Below, piece after piece: positions 34,347 through 44,227 of a DNA stretch of 64,000 nucleotides. Each line of letters starts with the position of its first letter. The first letter of the stretch is position 1. Under the pieces are notes generated by a model, which did no database searches, was not told the DNA's origin, and saw only the letters and a list, made by a program, of their open reading frames with translations. The stretch is from Paludibacteraceae bacterium (GTDB taxonomy: Bacteria > Bacteroidota > Bacteroidia > Bacteroidales > Paludibacteraceae), in NCBI GenBank assembly GCA_017477325.1, contig JAFUWV010000005.1, forward strand, positions 2,439-66,438, given 5' to 3'. The translations under genes were made by a program, and so were the position numbers.

Positions 34347-35363
34347 ATGGATAAGCGTATATACAGAACAACTTTTGCGCTGCTGTTCCTTGGAGCAGCA
34401 GCATTTTTCCTATGGGCCTATCCTGATGAGGAAAAAGTCGAATATTACCACAATCAAGGTAAAATATTCGGCACTTACTACAACATTCGCTATAGCGCTA
34501 CCAAAGACTTGGAAAAGGGGATAGTGAAGACCATGCAAGAGTTCGACAACAGCCTGTCCGCTTTCAATCAGGAATCCACCATCAGCCTCATCAACCGGAA
34601 CGAAAGCACGAAGACTGATGCTTATTTCGAGCAGATGTATGAAAAAGCAGAAGAAGTATGGCAGTTGTCTGACGGTGCATTCGATATTACCGTTGCTCCT
34701 TTGGTAAATGCATGGGGATTCGGGTTCAAGAACAAAGCAGAGGTAACCGGACAGATGATAGACAGTCTGAAGCAGTTTGTCGGCATGCCGCTCGTAAAAC
34801 TTGACAATCACAAACTGATAAAACAGGACTGTCGCACTATGCTTGATGCCAGTGCTATAGCCAAAGGACAGGCTTGCGACGTGGTGGCTGACTTCTTGAA
34901 AGAGAAAGGCTGCGAGGACCTGCTTGTGGATATCGGTGGAGAAGTAGTATTGAAGGGCGTCAATGAGAATGGCGAACCATGGCGCGTTGGCATTGTCAAG
35001 CCTCAAGACGACCCTACCGGCACGCATAACACGCTCCAGGAAGTAATCAGTTCCACATCACTCTCAATGGCTACATCCGGCAATTATCGCCAGTTCTACT
35101 ACGAAAATGGAATCCGTCGCTCACATACTATTGACCCCAGAAGCGGTTATCCAGTCAATCACTCGCTGCTTTCTGCCACTGTTATTGCAGACAACTGCAT
35201 GACAGCCGACGCTCTGGCAACCGCATGTATGGTACTGGGAAAAGACAGTGCCATGCTTATGATTAACAACATTCATGATGCCGAATGCTACCTGATCTAT
35301 GCCGACGGAGACAGCATAGATACAGCTATGTCAGAAGGCTTTCATAAGCTGATAAGAAAATAA
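34347..35363 (+). CDS. apbE: FAD:protein FMN transferase (ApbE family)
   Basis: AFDITVAPL, DIGGE and ATSGNYRQF blocks typical of ApbE. Confidence 0.85.
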   Translation: MDKRIYRTTFALLFLGAAAFFLWAYPDEEKVEYYHNQGKIFGTYYNIRYSATKDLEKGIVKTMQEFDNSLSAFNQESTISLINRNESTKTDAYFEQMYEKAEEVWQLSDGAFDITVAPLVNAWGFGFKNKAEVTGQMIDSLKQFVGMPLVKLDNHKLIKQDCRTMLDASAIAKGQACDVVADFLKEKGCEDLLVDIGGEVVLKGVNENGEPWRVGIVKPQDDPTGTHNTLQEVISSTSLSMATSGNYRQFYYENGIRRSHTIDPRSGYPVNHSLLSATVIADNCMTADALATACMVLGKDSAMLMINNIHDAECYLIYADGDSIDTAMSEGFHKLIRK

Positions 35364-35388
35364 ATTTGCATATACGGGAAAAAGTTTG

Positions 35389-35396
35389 TACTTTTG
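35389..35396 (+). promoter_or_regulatory. -7 box TACTTTTG for bamD
   Basis: It lies 17 nt upstream of ATG 35413. The track ORF start (TTG 35386) overlaps it. Confidence 0.45.
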
Positions 35397-35412
35397 CAGG
35401 CTAATTTGTAGA

Positions 35413-36213
35413 ATGAATAAGAAGGGCTTTATATTAATGCTTGTCTTGGTGTTTCTGGTATCGTGCGGCGAATACCAGAAACTGCTCAAGTCTACTGATC
35501 CTGAACTGAAATATGAAAAGGCTATCGATTATTTCAACCAGAAGAAATACTCAAAGGCCTTGACTCTGTTTGACGATATCTCCACTTACTACAAAGGGAC
35601 AGAGCGAAGTCAGGAAGTGCTCAACTATATAGCTCGCTGCTATGTAGGGCAAAAGGACTATTCATCTGCTGCCGAATATTATCAAATCTACATCAGGAAC
35701 TATCCTAAAGGGCGTTACATAATCGAAGCAAGATATATGATAGGTCATTGCTACTATCTGGATTCGCCCGATGCAAGACTTGACCAGACGATGACAAAGG
35801 ACGCAATAACGTACTTGACAGACTTTGTGGACCTGTATCCGGAAAGCGAGTATGCCCAGAAGGCGTACGAGGAGATTGACGCAATGAACAACAAGCTGGC
35901 GCAGAAAGAATACTATTCCGCCAAGTTGTACTATAATTTAGGTTCATATCTCGGAAATAACTATGAGTCGTGCGCCATTGTTTCCCGCAATGCACTCAAA
36001 AACTATCCCGGCAACAAATATCAGGAGGAATTCAGTTGGCTTATTCTGCAGTCGAAATACCAACAAGTACTGATGAGTATCAGTGAGCGCCGGCAAGAAC
36101 GGGCTCAGGATGCAGAAGACGAATGCTACAGTTTCTTGACAGAGTTTCCGCAGTCGAAACATCGTAAAGCTGCCGAGAAAATACAGAATGAACTAAAAAA
36201 AATAAAGAAATAA
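35413..36213 (+). CDS. bamD: Outer-membrane assembly lipoprotein BamD (YfiO)
   Basis: Lipobox LVSCGEY and TPR repeats. It has the conserved Bacteroidota position upstream of rpoZ-like and coaBC genes. Confidence 0.8.
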   Translation: MNKKGFILMLVLVFLVSCGEYQKLLKSTDPELKYEKAIDYFNQKKYSKALTLFDDISTYYKGTERSQEVLNYIARCYVGQKDYSSAAEYYQIYIRNYPKGRYIIEARYMIGHCYYLDSPDARLDQTMTKDAITYLTDFVDLYPESEYAQKAYEEIDAMNNKLAQKEYYSAKLYYNLGSYLGNNYESCAIVSRNALKNYPGNKYQEEFSWLILQSKYQQVLMSISERRQERAQDAEDECYSFLTEFPQSKHRKAAEKIQNELKKIKK

Positions 36214-36241
36214 CAAGGAATAAACTATCAAATATAACAAT

Positions 36242-36577
36242 ATGGATTACAAAAACAGCAAAGCACCTCACAACACTGTCACTCGTGACATGAATGAGTT
36301 GAGTCAGAAAGTGGGCAACGTTTATGAGACTGTTGCCATTATCTCCAAGCGGGCAAACCAAATCTCACAAGAGTTAAAGAAAGAACTGGACAACCGTCTG
36401 CAAGATTTCAATGTTCCCCAGGAGAACATCGATGAGATATTTGAGAATAAAGAGCAGATAGAGATTTCACGTCAGTACGAGCTTCTGCCCAAACCGTCAC
36501 TTTTGGCAACCGAGGAGTTCCTTGACGACGAACTCACCATTCGCAACACTTCCAAAGACAAAGCATTGGAAGAATAA
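36242..36577 (+). CDS. RNA polymerase omega-subunit-like protein
   Basis: 111 aa. The VYETVAIISKRANQIS block resembles RpoZ. It overlaps the coaBC start by 1 nt (TAATG). Confidence 0.6.
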   Translation: MDYKNSKAPHNTVTRDMNELSQKVGNVYETVAIISKRANQISQELKKELDNRLQDFNVPQENIDEIFENKEQIEISRQYELLPKPSLLATEEFLDDELTIRNTSKDKALEE

Positions 36578-37764
36578 TGCTCAGAGGCAAACACATATTA
36601 GTCGGAATAAGTGGCGGAATAGCAGCCTACAAGATTCCGGAACTCATTCGCCTACTCAAGAAAGAGGGTGCAGACGTGTGTGTTTGCACTACAAGGAATG
36701 CACTTCAGTTTGTCACTCCCCTCACACTTGAGACTTTGAGCAACAATCAAGTCTATTCCGATGTATTTGCACCGCACAACAACCATCAGACTGAGCATAT
36801 CAGTTTGCCGGACTGGGCTGACCTGATGATCATAGCTCCATGCACGGCAAACGTGATAGGCAAGATGGCAGCAGGCATAGCCGATGATGCTCTCACCACC
36901 ACATTTCTTGCCATGCTCAAGCCTGTACTGGTGGCTCCGGCAATGAACGACAAGATGCTCGCCCACCCTGCAGTACAACGTAATCTCAATATTATCGCCG
37001 GCTATGAAAACACTACCGTACTTGATTGCGACAGCGGTTTCCTCGCCTGCGGTACTACGGGCAAGGGCAGAATGCAAGAACCGGAAGATATTGTGATGGC
37101 AGCGGACATCTTACTTGAGAAAAAAACTCTTGCCGGCAAACGGGTGTTAATAACTGCAGGTCCCACGCAGGAAAAGATTGACCCTGTAAGATACATATCC
37201 AACTACTCAACAGGCAAAATGGGATACGCTCTTGCATATGCTTGTCTTAAGCGTGGTGCCGAGGTCACTCTAGTTAGTGGTCCGAGCAGTGAACGTTTCT
37301 GCGGAAAGACAATCAATGTCACATCTGCAAAACAGATGTTCGAAGTCTGCAAAGCGGAATTTGCTCAAGCCGACATCACCATTCTTTGCGCTGCTGTGGC
37401 TGACTATAGTCCTGCAACGGAAGCGGAGACAAAAATTAAACGCAATTCCGGTGAACTTAACCTGAGGCTGCAGCCCACTCATGATATAGCTGCAGAACTC
37501 GGCAAACAGAAAACTCAGAATCAACTGCTTATTGGATTTGCTTTGGAGACTGACAATGAGGAAGAGAATGCTATCGGCAAAATGCAAAGAAAAAATCTTG
37601 ACTACATTGTTCTCAATTCATTGCAAGACAAGGGGGCTGGATTCGGCTGCGATACAAACAAAGTAACCGTCTTCTCGCAAAAGGGTAGCAAGACAAGTAT
37701 GCCTTTGGCTTCAAAGCAAGAGATTGCCGCATCTATAATTGACATTATCAGTCAGGACGTATAA
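36577..37764 (+). CDS. coaBC: Bifunctional phosphopantothenoylcysteine decarboxylase / phosphopantothenate--cysteine ligase
   Basis: Flavoprotein N-domain (GISGGIAAYK, PAMN) and CoaB C-domain (ITAGPT.E.IDPVR.ISN.S.GKMG). Confidence 0.9.
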   Translation: MLRGKHILVGISGGIAAYKIPELIRLLKKEGADVCVCTTRNALQFVTPLTLETLSNNQVYSDVFAPHNNHQTEHISLPDWADLMIIAPCTANVIGKMAAGIADDALTTTFLAMLKPVLVAPAMNDKMLAHPAVQRNLNIIAGYENTTVLDCDSGFLACGTTGKGRMQEPEDIVMAADILLEKKTLAGKRVLITAGPTQEKIDPVRYISNYSTGKMGYALAYACLKRGAEVTLVSGPSSERFCGKTINVTSAKQMFEVCKAEFAQADITILCAAVADYSPATEAETKIKRNSGELNLRLQPTHDIAAELGKQKTQNQLLIGFALETDNEEENAIGKMQRKNLDYIVLNSLQDKGAGFGCDTNKVTVFSQKGSKTSMPLASKQEIAASIIDIISQDV

Positions 37765-37784
37765 ATCTGACTCGCAAAACAATG

Positions 37785-37829
37785 TCTTAAGAGACTTAAG
37801 TGCCTTAAGCGACTTAAGTAACTTAACAA
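37785..37829. repeat. Tandem array, 9-nt unit CTTAAGNNN x 5
   Basis: cttaagaga, cttaagtgc, cttaagcga, cttaagtaa, cttaacaaa. The core CTTAAG is palindromic. Confidence 0.9.
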
Positions 37830-37858
37830 AAAACACGGAATGGATTCCGTGTTTTTTC
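37828..37858. terminator. Bidirectional intrinsic terminator
   Basis: AAAAA-ACACGGAA-tgga-TTCCGTGT-TTTTT lies between convergent coaBC and the DUF3276-like gene. Confidence 0.8.
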
Positions 37859-37875
37859 TTTTACTTAATTCAGAA

Positions 37876-38295
37876 TTAGTCTTTCTTCACAAAACGTGAG
37901 AACAGTCCGCGACGCTTGGGTTCTTCCTCCTCTGCTTGCGGTTGCTCTTCTGCTACTACTTCTTCAGCCTTTGGTTCGTCAGCCGAAGTTTCAGGAACCC
38001 ACTCTTGACGTTCCTCAATAGTGCCGAACTTCTGTTCCACAAAACCAATCACATCACCCAGAGCTTCTGTGAAGTGCTTGAAATCTTCCTTGTAAAGGAA
38101 CACTTTATGCTTTTCGAAAGTAGGGAACTCTTCCTCGCCGGCTTTCTTTTTGCTCTCTGTAATGCAAAGATACAAGTCTTCGTTACGAGCCTTCTTAACA
38201 TCCAGATAATAAATTCTCTTTCCTGCTTTGACAGAGCGTGAATACACTATCTCCGGTTCACGTCTGTCTTCAAATCTACGGTTTTCCATCTCCAT
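37876..38295 (-). CDS. PUR-alpha-like DNA/RNA-binding protein (DUF3276)
   Basis: The VYSRSVKAGKRIYYLDVKKARNEDLYLCITESKK repeat is characteristic of bacterial Pur-alpha-like proteins. It has an acidic C-terminal tail. Confidence 0.65.
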   Translation of the reverse strand: MEMENRRFEDRREPEIVYSRSVKAGKRIYYLDVKKARNEDLYLCITESKKKAGEEEFPTFEKHKVFLYKEDFKHFTEALGDVIGFVEQKFGTIEERQEWVPETSADEPKAEEVVAEEQPQAEEEEPKRRGLFSRFVKKD

Positions 38296-38347
38296 TAATG
38301 TTTAAATTAATAAAAATACTTTCAGCCAACAACTATGTTGTCGCATG

Positions 38348-38355
38348 CAAAATTA
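38348..38355 (-). promoter_or_regulatory. -7 box TAATTTTG for the DUF3276-like gene
   Basis: The reverse complement of caaaatta lies 53 nt upstream of ATG 38295. Confidence 0.4.
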
Positions 38356-38432
38356 CAGCATTTTTTTGGATTATGCAAAATAAATTTGTTTATTTTACAC
38401 TTTTTTTAATTGTGCAATTCGCAGAAAAGTAT

Positions 38433-38440
38433 TACCTTTG
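38433..38440 (+). promoter_or_regulatory. -7 box TACCTTTG for nusB
   Basis: It lies 41 nt upstream of ATG 38481. The track ORF start at 38238 lies far upstream and overlaps the divergent gene. Confidence 0.5.
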
Positions 38441-38480
38441 TGCCCACAATCAACAAACAAGGCGCGGTGGCGCAAACAAT

Positions 38481-39437
38481 ATGATTAACAGAACTCTTGT
38501 TAGGACAAAAGTCATTCTAACCCTTTTCGCATATTTTCAAGATGCTGAAAAGACAAAATTCTCTGCTGAAAAAGAACTTCTCCGTTCGTTTTCTGACACT
38601 TACAATCTTTATTTCTTACTGATTGACCTTATTAACCAGCTTACTTCCAATGCTCAGTTGAAGATTGACGAAGGCAAGGAAAAAGCACAGGCATTGCACA
38701 TTGATTACAACCCCAATCCAAGGTTTGTAAACAACAGGTTTGCCGAACAAGTGTTTGAGAATCGCCAACTGCGTCACCACATTGACGAGCAGAAACTCTC
38801 ATGGGACACCGTGTCCGACTCTGTAGGACTCCTACTCAAGCAGATTTATGACTCCGACATTTATAAGGAGTACATGAATGCGCAAGAGTCGTCCTATGAG
38901 GCTGACAAAAACGTATGGAGAAAAATCTTCACTTTCATCTTGCCTGACAACCCTAATCTCGAGAATGCGCTTGACGAATTGGAGGTTGTGCTTGATGGCA
39001 ACTGCTGGACCTCCGACATGGACGTTGTCATGTCATACGTCGTAAAGACTATTAAGAGATTCAAGGAAGAGAATGGCGCCGACCAGCCGCTTCTTGAGAT
39101 GTTTGACCACGAAGAGGAACTCGAATTTGCCAAACAACTGCTCAAAGAAACCATCAGTCACAGCGATGAATATCAGACCTTGATTGAGCAGAAACTCAAG
39201 AACTGGGATGCCGAGAGAATCGCTTTCATGGATATGCTTATCATGAAAACCGCACTCGCAGAGCTGTTCACCTTCCCTGAGATTGCAGTCCAGATTACTA
39301 TCAACGAGTATCTCGACATAGCAAGAGAATATTCCACCGACAATAGTCCGCAGTTTATCAACGGCCTGCTTGACGAGATAATCAGAGAGCAGACAAAGCA
39401 GGGCAACATGGTAAAAGGTCTTACACTGAAAAATTAA
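38481..39437 (+). CDS. nusB: Transcription antitermination factor NusB (long Bacteroidota form)
   Basis: It begins MINRTLVRTKVILTLFAY. The C-terminal NusB fold signature is present (WDAERIAFMDMLIMKTALAEL ... INEYLDIAREYS .. FINGLLD). Confidence 0.8.
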   Translation: MINRTLVRTKVILTLFAYFQDAEKTKFSAEKELLRSFSDTYNLYFLLIDLINQLTSNAQLKIDEGKEKAQALHIDYNPNPRFVNNRFAEQVFENRQLRHHIDEQKLSWDTVSDSVGLLLKQIYDSDIYKEYMNAQESSYEADKNVWRKIFTFILPDNPNLENALDELEVVLDGNCWTSDMDVVMSYVVKTIKRFKEENGADQPLLEMFDHEEELEFAKQLLKETISHSDEYQTLIEQKLKNWDAERIAFMDMLIMKTALAELFTFPEIAVQITINEYLDIAREYSTDNSPQFINGLLDEIIREQTKQGNMVKGLTLKN

Positions 39438-39485
39438 AAACTATAACTGAAACTAAAATATTAACAAACTAAATAGAAAACAACT

Positions 39486-39836
39486 ATGCTTAATTACATT
39501 CTTCTACAAGCTCAAGCAGCCGATCCCGGTCAGTCTGCAGGTTCCGGAATGGGTAACTGGTCATTCTGGATTATGATGATTCTCATCTTTGTAGTCTTCT
39601 ATTTCTTCATGATTCGTCCTCAGACAAAACGTCAGAAAGAGTTGCAACAGAAACGTGATGCACTCAAGAAAGGCGACAAAGTGATAACCGCAGGCGGAAT
39701 ATACGGTGAGATCAAAGATATTCAGGAGAATGCCTTCATCATCACCGTAGCGAAAGACGTAACACTGAAGATCGACAAATCGTCTGTTACACCTATCGAA
39801 GAGGAGCAGCCCAAGGAAACCGAGCCCAAGAAATAA
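39486..39836 (+). CDS. yajC: Preprotein translocase subunit YajC
   Basis: FYFFMIRPQTKRQKE ... GDKVITAGGIYGEI. Confidence 0.9.
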   Translation: MLNYILLQAQAADPGQSAGSGMGNWSFWIMMILIFVVFYFFMIRPQTKRQKELQQKRDALKKGDKVITAGGIYGEIKDIQENAFIITVAKDVTLKIDKSSVTPIEEEQPKETEPKK

Positions 39837-39884
39837 ATAAGCACAGACTGATAACAGGCACGTTGCCATTTTTCACCTCTACAG

Positions 39885-40859
39885 ATGAACAAGTTGAGGG
39901 CTATATTATTGCGTTATTGGCTTAAGATCAAAGCGTTTATGAGAGAAAGAAATCTCTTCACGTTTTGTCTTTTCCTTGTGTTTGCTGCCATCTTGTGGTA
40001 CGGTCATGCCATGAATACCGTCAGAGAGCGCACACTCAGTATTGAGATTCAGTATGCGGGCATTCCTGACAATGTAGCGTTCACAGGCTCTCTGCCTGCG
40101 GAGTTTCGTTTCACTGTTCGCGATCAGGGCAAGCGCCTGCAGAAGTACCATGAGAGCACCTTCATTCCTATAGAAATCGATTTGTCGCAACAACTGAATA
40201 CGAAAGAAGGTCATTTGCACATAGCTGCCGATCAAGTTAAGAGCAAGATTGCCGACCAGCTGCAAGGTACTGCCAAAATACAGAACATTCAACCCGATAT
40301 CATTGAAACCGACTTCTACACTCAGCATAGCAAGTCGGTAGCGGTAAAAATAGAAGGTGATATCTCTGCCGCCACTCAGTACTATTTCACTCAGCCTCCG
40401 GTGACCATACCCTCAAAGGTAAAGATTTTCGGAAAGAAAGAGCAACTGGACTCTATCACCGCCGTCTCCACCGAGGTATTATCTGCTACTGACATTCGCG
40501 ACAGTATCAGCATCAATGTCGGCCTCATGCCTGTCAGCGGAATTCGCTTCGCAACCGACAGCGTAACCGTTAAGGCGCAGACAAGGCAATTCACGGAGAA
40601 GCGGCTCACGCTCAACATACCTACCAAAGGAGTTCCTGCCGGAGAGAGAATGAGAATCTTTCCTTCCACTGCCGAGGTGACCGTACACATTCCTGTCGAG
40701 TATTTTAACGAGGTGAACGAGAACAATATCACCATCTTCTGTAAGTACCCCCAGAAGCAGCAGCGCTCGCTTCCTGTCGAACTCAAGTATGATTCCAAGC
40801 ATATCATCAAAGCCCGGGTCACACCTGCAGAAGTAGAATATATAATAGAGAAACTATGA
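39885..40859 (+). CDS. YbbR-like domain-containing membrane protein
   Basis: It has an N-terminal TM segment and repeated beta-rich modules. Its position after yajC matches other Bacteroidales. The assignment rests on recollection of synteny. Confidence 0.5.
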   Translation: MNKLRAILLRYWLKIKAFMRERNLFTFCLFLVFAAILWYGHAMNTVRERTLSIEIQYAGIPDNVAFTGSLPAEFRFTVRDQGKRLQKYHESTFIPIEIDLSQQLNTKEGHLHIAADQVKSKIADQLQGTAKIQNIQPDIIETDFYTQHSKSVAVKIEGDISAATQYYFTQPPVTIPSKVKIFGKKEQLDSITAVSTEVLSATDIRDSISINVGLMPVSGIRFATDSVTVKAQTRQFTEKRLTLNIPTKGVPAGERMRIFPSTAEVTVHIPVEYFNEVNENNITIFCKYPQKQQRSLPVELKYDSKHIIKARVTPAEVEYIIEKL

Positions 40860-41998
40860 GACCTATACAGATGGTTGACCTGCAGACTCAGTATCAGCAG
40901 ATAAAACCGGAAATAGATGCAGCTATTCAGAAAGTCATCGACGATGCCACTTTTATCAAGGGCCCCCAGGTGACTGACTTTTCTGTTGCGCTTGCTTCGT
41001 GGCTCTCTGTCAGACATGTCATTCCGACCGGCAATGGCACCGACGCTCTGCAGATTGCTCTCATGGCTCTGGGTCTGAAAGAGGGTGATGAAGTGATTAC
41101 TCCCGATTTCACCTTTATTGCCACTGCCGAAGTCGTGGCATTGCTCGGACTGACTCCTGTGGTTGCGGACGTCGACAGAGACACAATGAACATCAGTATC
41201 GATGCTGTAAGAAAGGCTATCACGCCAAAGACAAAAGCCATCGTTCCTGTACATCTGTTTGGTCAGTGTGCCGACATGGAACCTCTGCTGCAGTTGGCTA
41301 AAGAGAACAATCTGTACGTGGTTGAAGATGCCTGTCAGGCAATAGGAGCCGAATACATATTCTCCGATGGTACTCGCAAGAAAGCGGGGACTATAGGCCA
41401 TATCGGATGCACATCTTTCTTCCCGTCAAAGAATCTTGGGTGCTACGGAGACGGAGGTGCTATCTTCACCGACGATGACGAGCTTGCCAAGCGTATGCAG
41501 GCCATTGCCAATCACGGAATGGTGATAAGATATCATCATGATATGGTTGGAGTTAACTCGCGGCTTGACAGCATTCAGGCTGCAGTACTGGGCGTAAAAC
41601 TCACGCATCTTGATGAATACACCGGGCAAAGACAACTCGCTGCAGACTACTACGACCGCGCATTTGCAAACAACAAGTCTCTCACCTGTCCCGCAAGAGC
41701 GAAGTATTCTACACATGTCTTCCACCAATACACACTGCAGGTGAACAACTACGACAGAGACACTCTGCGTGAGCAACTGCGCGAAGCCGGTATTCCTGCT
41801 ATGGTTTACTATCCTGTACCTCTACACATGCAAAAAGCATATCACGATCAGAGATACAGACAAGGAGATTTTCCCGCATCCGAATATCTGGCGTCATGCG
41901 TCCTGTCACTGCCTATGCACACGTGCCTTACGCAGGAGCAGTTGGAGTATATCACTCAGACCGTGAATCGGTTAATCGGACAATCAGACAACCGATGA
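40856..41998 (+). CDS. DegT/DnrJ/EryC1/StrS-family PLP-dependent aminotransferase
   Basis: GNGTDAL, and SFFPSKNLGCYGDGG containing the PLP Lys. There is a 4-nt ATGA overlap with the upstream gene. Confidence 0.85.
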   Translation: MRPIQMVDLQTQYQQIKPEIDAAIQKVIDDATFIKGPQVTDFSVALASWLSVRHVIPTGNGTDALQIALMALGLKEGDEVITPDFTFIATAEVVALLGLTPVVADVDRDTMNISIDAVRKAITPKTKAIVPVHLFGQCADMEPLLQLAKENNLYVVEDACQAIGAEYIFSDGTRKKAGTIGHIGCTSFFPSKNLGCYGDGGAIFTDDDELAKRMQAIANHGMVIRYHHDMVGVNSRLDSIQAAVLGVKLTHLDEYTGQRQLAADYYDRAFANNKSLTCPARAKYSTHVFHQYTLQVNNYDRDTLREQLREAGIPAMVYYPVPLHMQKAYHDQRYRQGDFPASEYLASCVLSLPMHTCLTQEQLEYITQTVNRLIGQSDNR

Positions 41999-42030
41999 AT
42001 CAGCGAATAAGTTAATTAAGTTGATAAGTT

Positions 42031-43497
42031 ATGGCAGAGAAGAATCTACTCACACAAGAGACCACTCTCAAGCAGAAGACCACACTTACACCTCTGCAGA
42101 TACAGGAGATTCGTATTCTGGAGTATCCCACTCTGGAACTCGAACAGCGCATCGAGCGCGAAATCGAAGAGAATCCGGGTCTTGAAGCCGGCTCCGAAGA
42201 CAAGGAGACCAACGAAGAAGAAGATATCATGGGTGAGCAGGAAGATGCTCTGCAAAACGACGAGTTTGACCTCAACGACTACATCTCCGACGATGACGAT
42301 GTGCCGGAATACAGAACAAGAACCAACAACCTCTCACCTGACGACAAACAGGAAGACATTCCTTTCTCCGTTGGTGAATCTTTCCAGGAACAGCTGCTTT
42401 CTCAACTTGGACTGCTCAAGCTCTCGGCTCTTGAACAGAAAGTAGCACAATATGTCATCGGTAACATCGACGAAGACGGATACCTGAGGCGGGAGCCTGA
42501 GCAACTGGTTGACGACCTGGCATTCAAAGCAGGCATCACTATTGCTGACGAACAGATGCTCAACATCATTCATCTTATTCAGAATACTTTCGAACCGGCA
42601 GGAGTGTGCGCCCGAAACCTGCAGGAGTGTCTTATACTGCAACTGCAACGCAAGCAAGCCACTCCGGCTGTCAGTCTTGCCATCACCATACTCGAGAAGA
42701 AATACAAGGAGTTTACCGCTCATCACTATCAGAAAATCGTAGAGCGCTTCTCTGTCACTGACGAACAACTCCGTGATGCCATTGCCGAGATACAGAAACT
42801 GAACCCAAAGCCGGGAAACACCTACTCGCAAGATGTGTATAATGCCACGGCTGTCATTCCCGACTTCATAATCGAAGTGGAAGAAGGCACCATCAGTATT
42901 CAGCTCAACAACGGTAACATACCCGAACTTCGTGTTAACCGCGAATTCAACGAGATGCTTCAGCAGTATCAGGCACAACCCAGCCATAGCAAGCAGGAGA
43001 AAGACACCATTGCCTTCATCAAAGACCGTATCGACTCCGCCAGATGGTTCATCGATGCTATCAAACAACGTAACGACACTCTGCTGCGCACCATGAGGAC
43101 CATTGTAGCTATACAGCGCGAGTATTTCCTTGATGGCGACGAGGCTCTGCTCAAACCTATGATACTCAAAGATGTGGCAGACCGCACTGGATACGATGTC
43201 AGTACCATCTCGCGCGTCAGCAACTCCAAATATGCCCAGACACCGTACGGAATCTTCCCGCTTAGATATTTCTTTTCCGAGAGTATGACCAACAACGAGG
43301 GGGAAGAAGTGGCTACCAGAACCATCAAGAATGCCCTGCAAGATATCATCAACAGCGAAGACCCGCTTGCTCCGCTCAATGATGACGAACTGGTTGTACT
43401 GCTCGAGCAGAAAGGATTCCCCATTGCAAGACGTACTATTGCCAAATACCGCAAACAGCTCGGAATACCTGTTGCAAGACTGAGAAAGAAGATTTGA
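42031..43497 (+). CDS. rpoN: RNA polymerase sigma-54 factor
   Basis: Acidic region II, an HTH, and the RpoN box ARRTIAKYR near the C-terminus. Confidence 0.9.
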   Translation: MAEKNLLTQETTLKQKTTLTPLQIQEIRILEYPTLELEQRIEREIEENPGLEAGSEDKETNEEEDIMGEQEDALQNDEFDLNDYISDDDDVPEYRTRTNNLSPDDKQEDIPFSVGESFQEQLLSQLGLLKLSALEQKVAQYVIGNIDEDGYLRREPEQLVDDLAFKAGITIADEQMLNIIHLIQNTFEPAGVCARNLQECLILQLQRKQATPAVSLAITILEKKYKEFTAHHYQKIVERFSVTDEQLRDAIAEIQKLNPKPGNTYSQDVYNATAVIPDFIIEVEEGTISIQLNNGNIPELRVNREFNEMLQQYQAQPSHSKQEKDTIAFIKDRIDSARWFIDAIKQRNDTLLRTMRTIVAIQREYFLDGDEALLKPMILKDVADRTGYDVSTISRVSNSKYAQTPYGIFPLRYFFSESMTNNEGEEVATRTIKNALQDIINSEDPLAPLNDDELVVLLEQKGFPIARRTIAKYRKQLGIPVARLRKKI

Positions 43498-43527
43498 GAA
43501 GCTCTTATTTGGTGCAATCGGTAAGCT

Positions 43528-44154
43528 ATGAATAAGTTCCTTTCATATTCGGCACGGATTCTCAGCATTCTCCTTCACCCTATGCTCATGCCTACGTATG
43601 CCGTCTCAATGCTTGCGGCGGCCTATGCTGCTTACCAGTCTCCGCTACCCGCCGCATACACTGCCATTCTTGTCGCAGGCACGTTCATCCTCACTTTTGC
43701 CATTCCTCTCTCTGTCATACTGCTTCTTATTAAGCAGGGACGGCTCAGAGACCTCTATATAGAAGACCCGTCGGAGCGCACTCTGCCATACGTCTATGGC
43801 CTGGTAGCTACTGCCGCATGGTGCTTCTTCCTCTCGTGGGTACTTAAGATGCCCGCTTACATAGTGGCATCTGCAGTAGGAGCACTCGTAGCACTCTTAC
43901 TGGTCAGCATTATCAATTACAAATGGAAAATCTCTGCTCACCTGGCATCTATAGGAGCCTTGATTGGAGCAGTCGCTGCATGGCAGTATCACAACTCTAT
44001 TTCCTCTCTCTGGCTCATCCCCACCCTCTTGGTGTTGGCACTACTGCTCTGCTATGCCAGACTCTGTCTAAATCAGCACACGCCATGGCAAACCGTCTGT
44101 GGTCTCTTGCTCGGACTGGCATGCACTTCGCTGACATGTTTCATAAGTCTGTAG
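43528..44154 (+). CDS. Integral membrane protein, possibly PAP2-like
   Basis: About 6 TM segments. KISAH and R-x5-H (YARLCLNQH) are weakly reminiscent of PAP2 motifs. Confidence 0.4.
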   Translation: MNKFLSYSARILSILLHPMLMPTYAVSMLAAAYAAYQSPLPAAYTAILVAGTFILTFAIPLSVILLLIKQGRLRDLYIEDPSERTLPYVYGLVATAAWCFFLSWVLKMPAYIVASAVGALVALLLVSIINYKWKISAHLASIGALIGAVAAWQYHNSISSLWLIPTLLVLALLLCYARLCLNQHTPWQTVCGLLLGLACTSLTCFISL

Positions 44155-44227
44155 AGTATGCAGGGTTAACTTTGCAACCTGACAACCAATAAAGCAAGAT
44201 CGCAAGCGCACTACCGCCTCCTTTATT

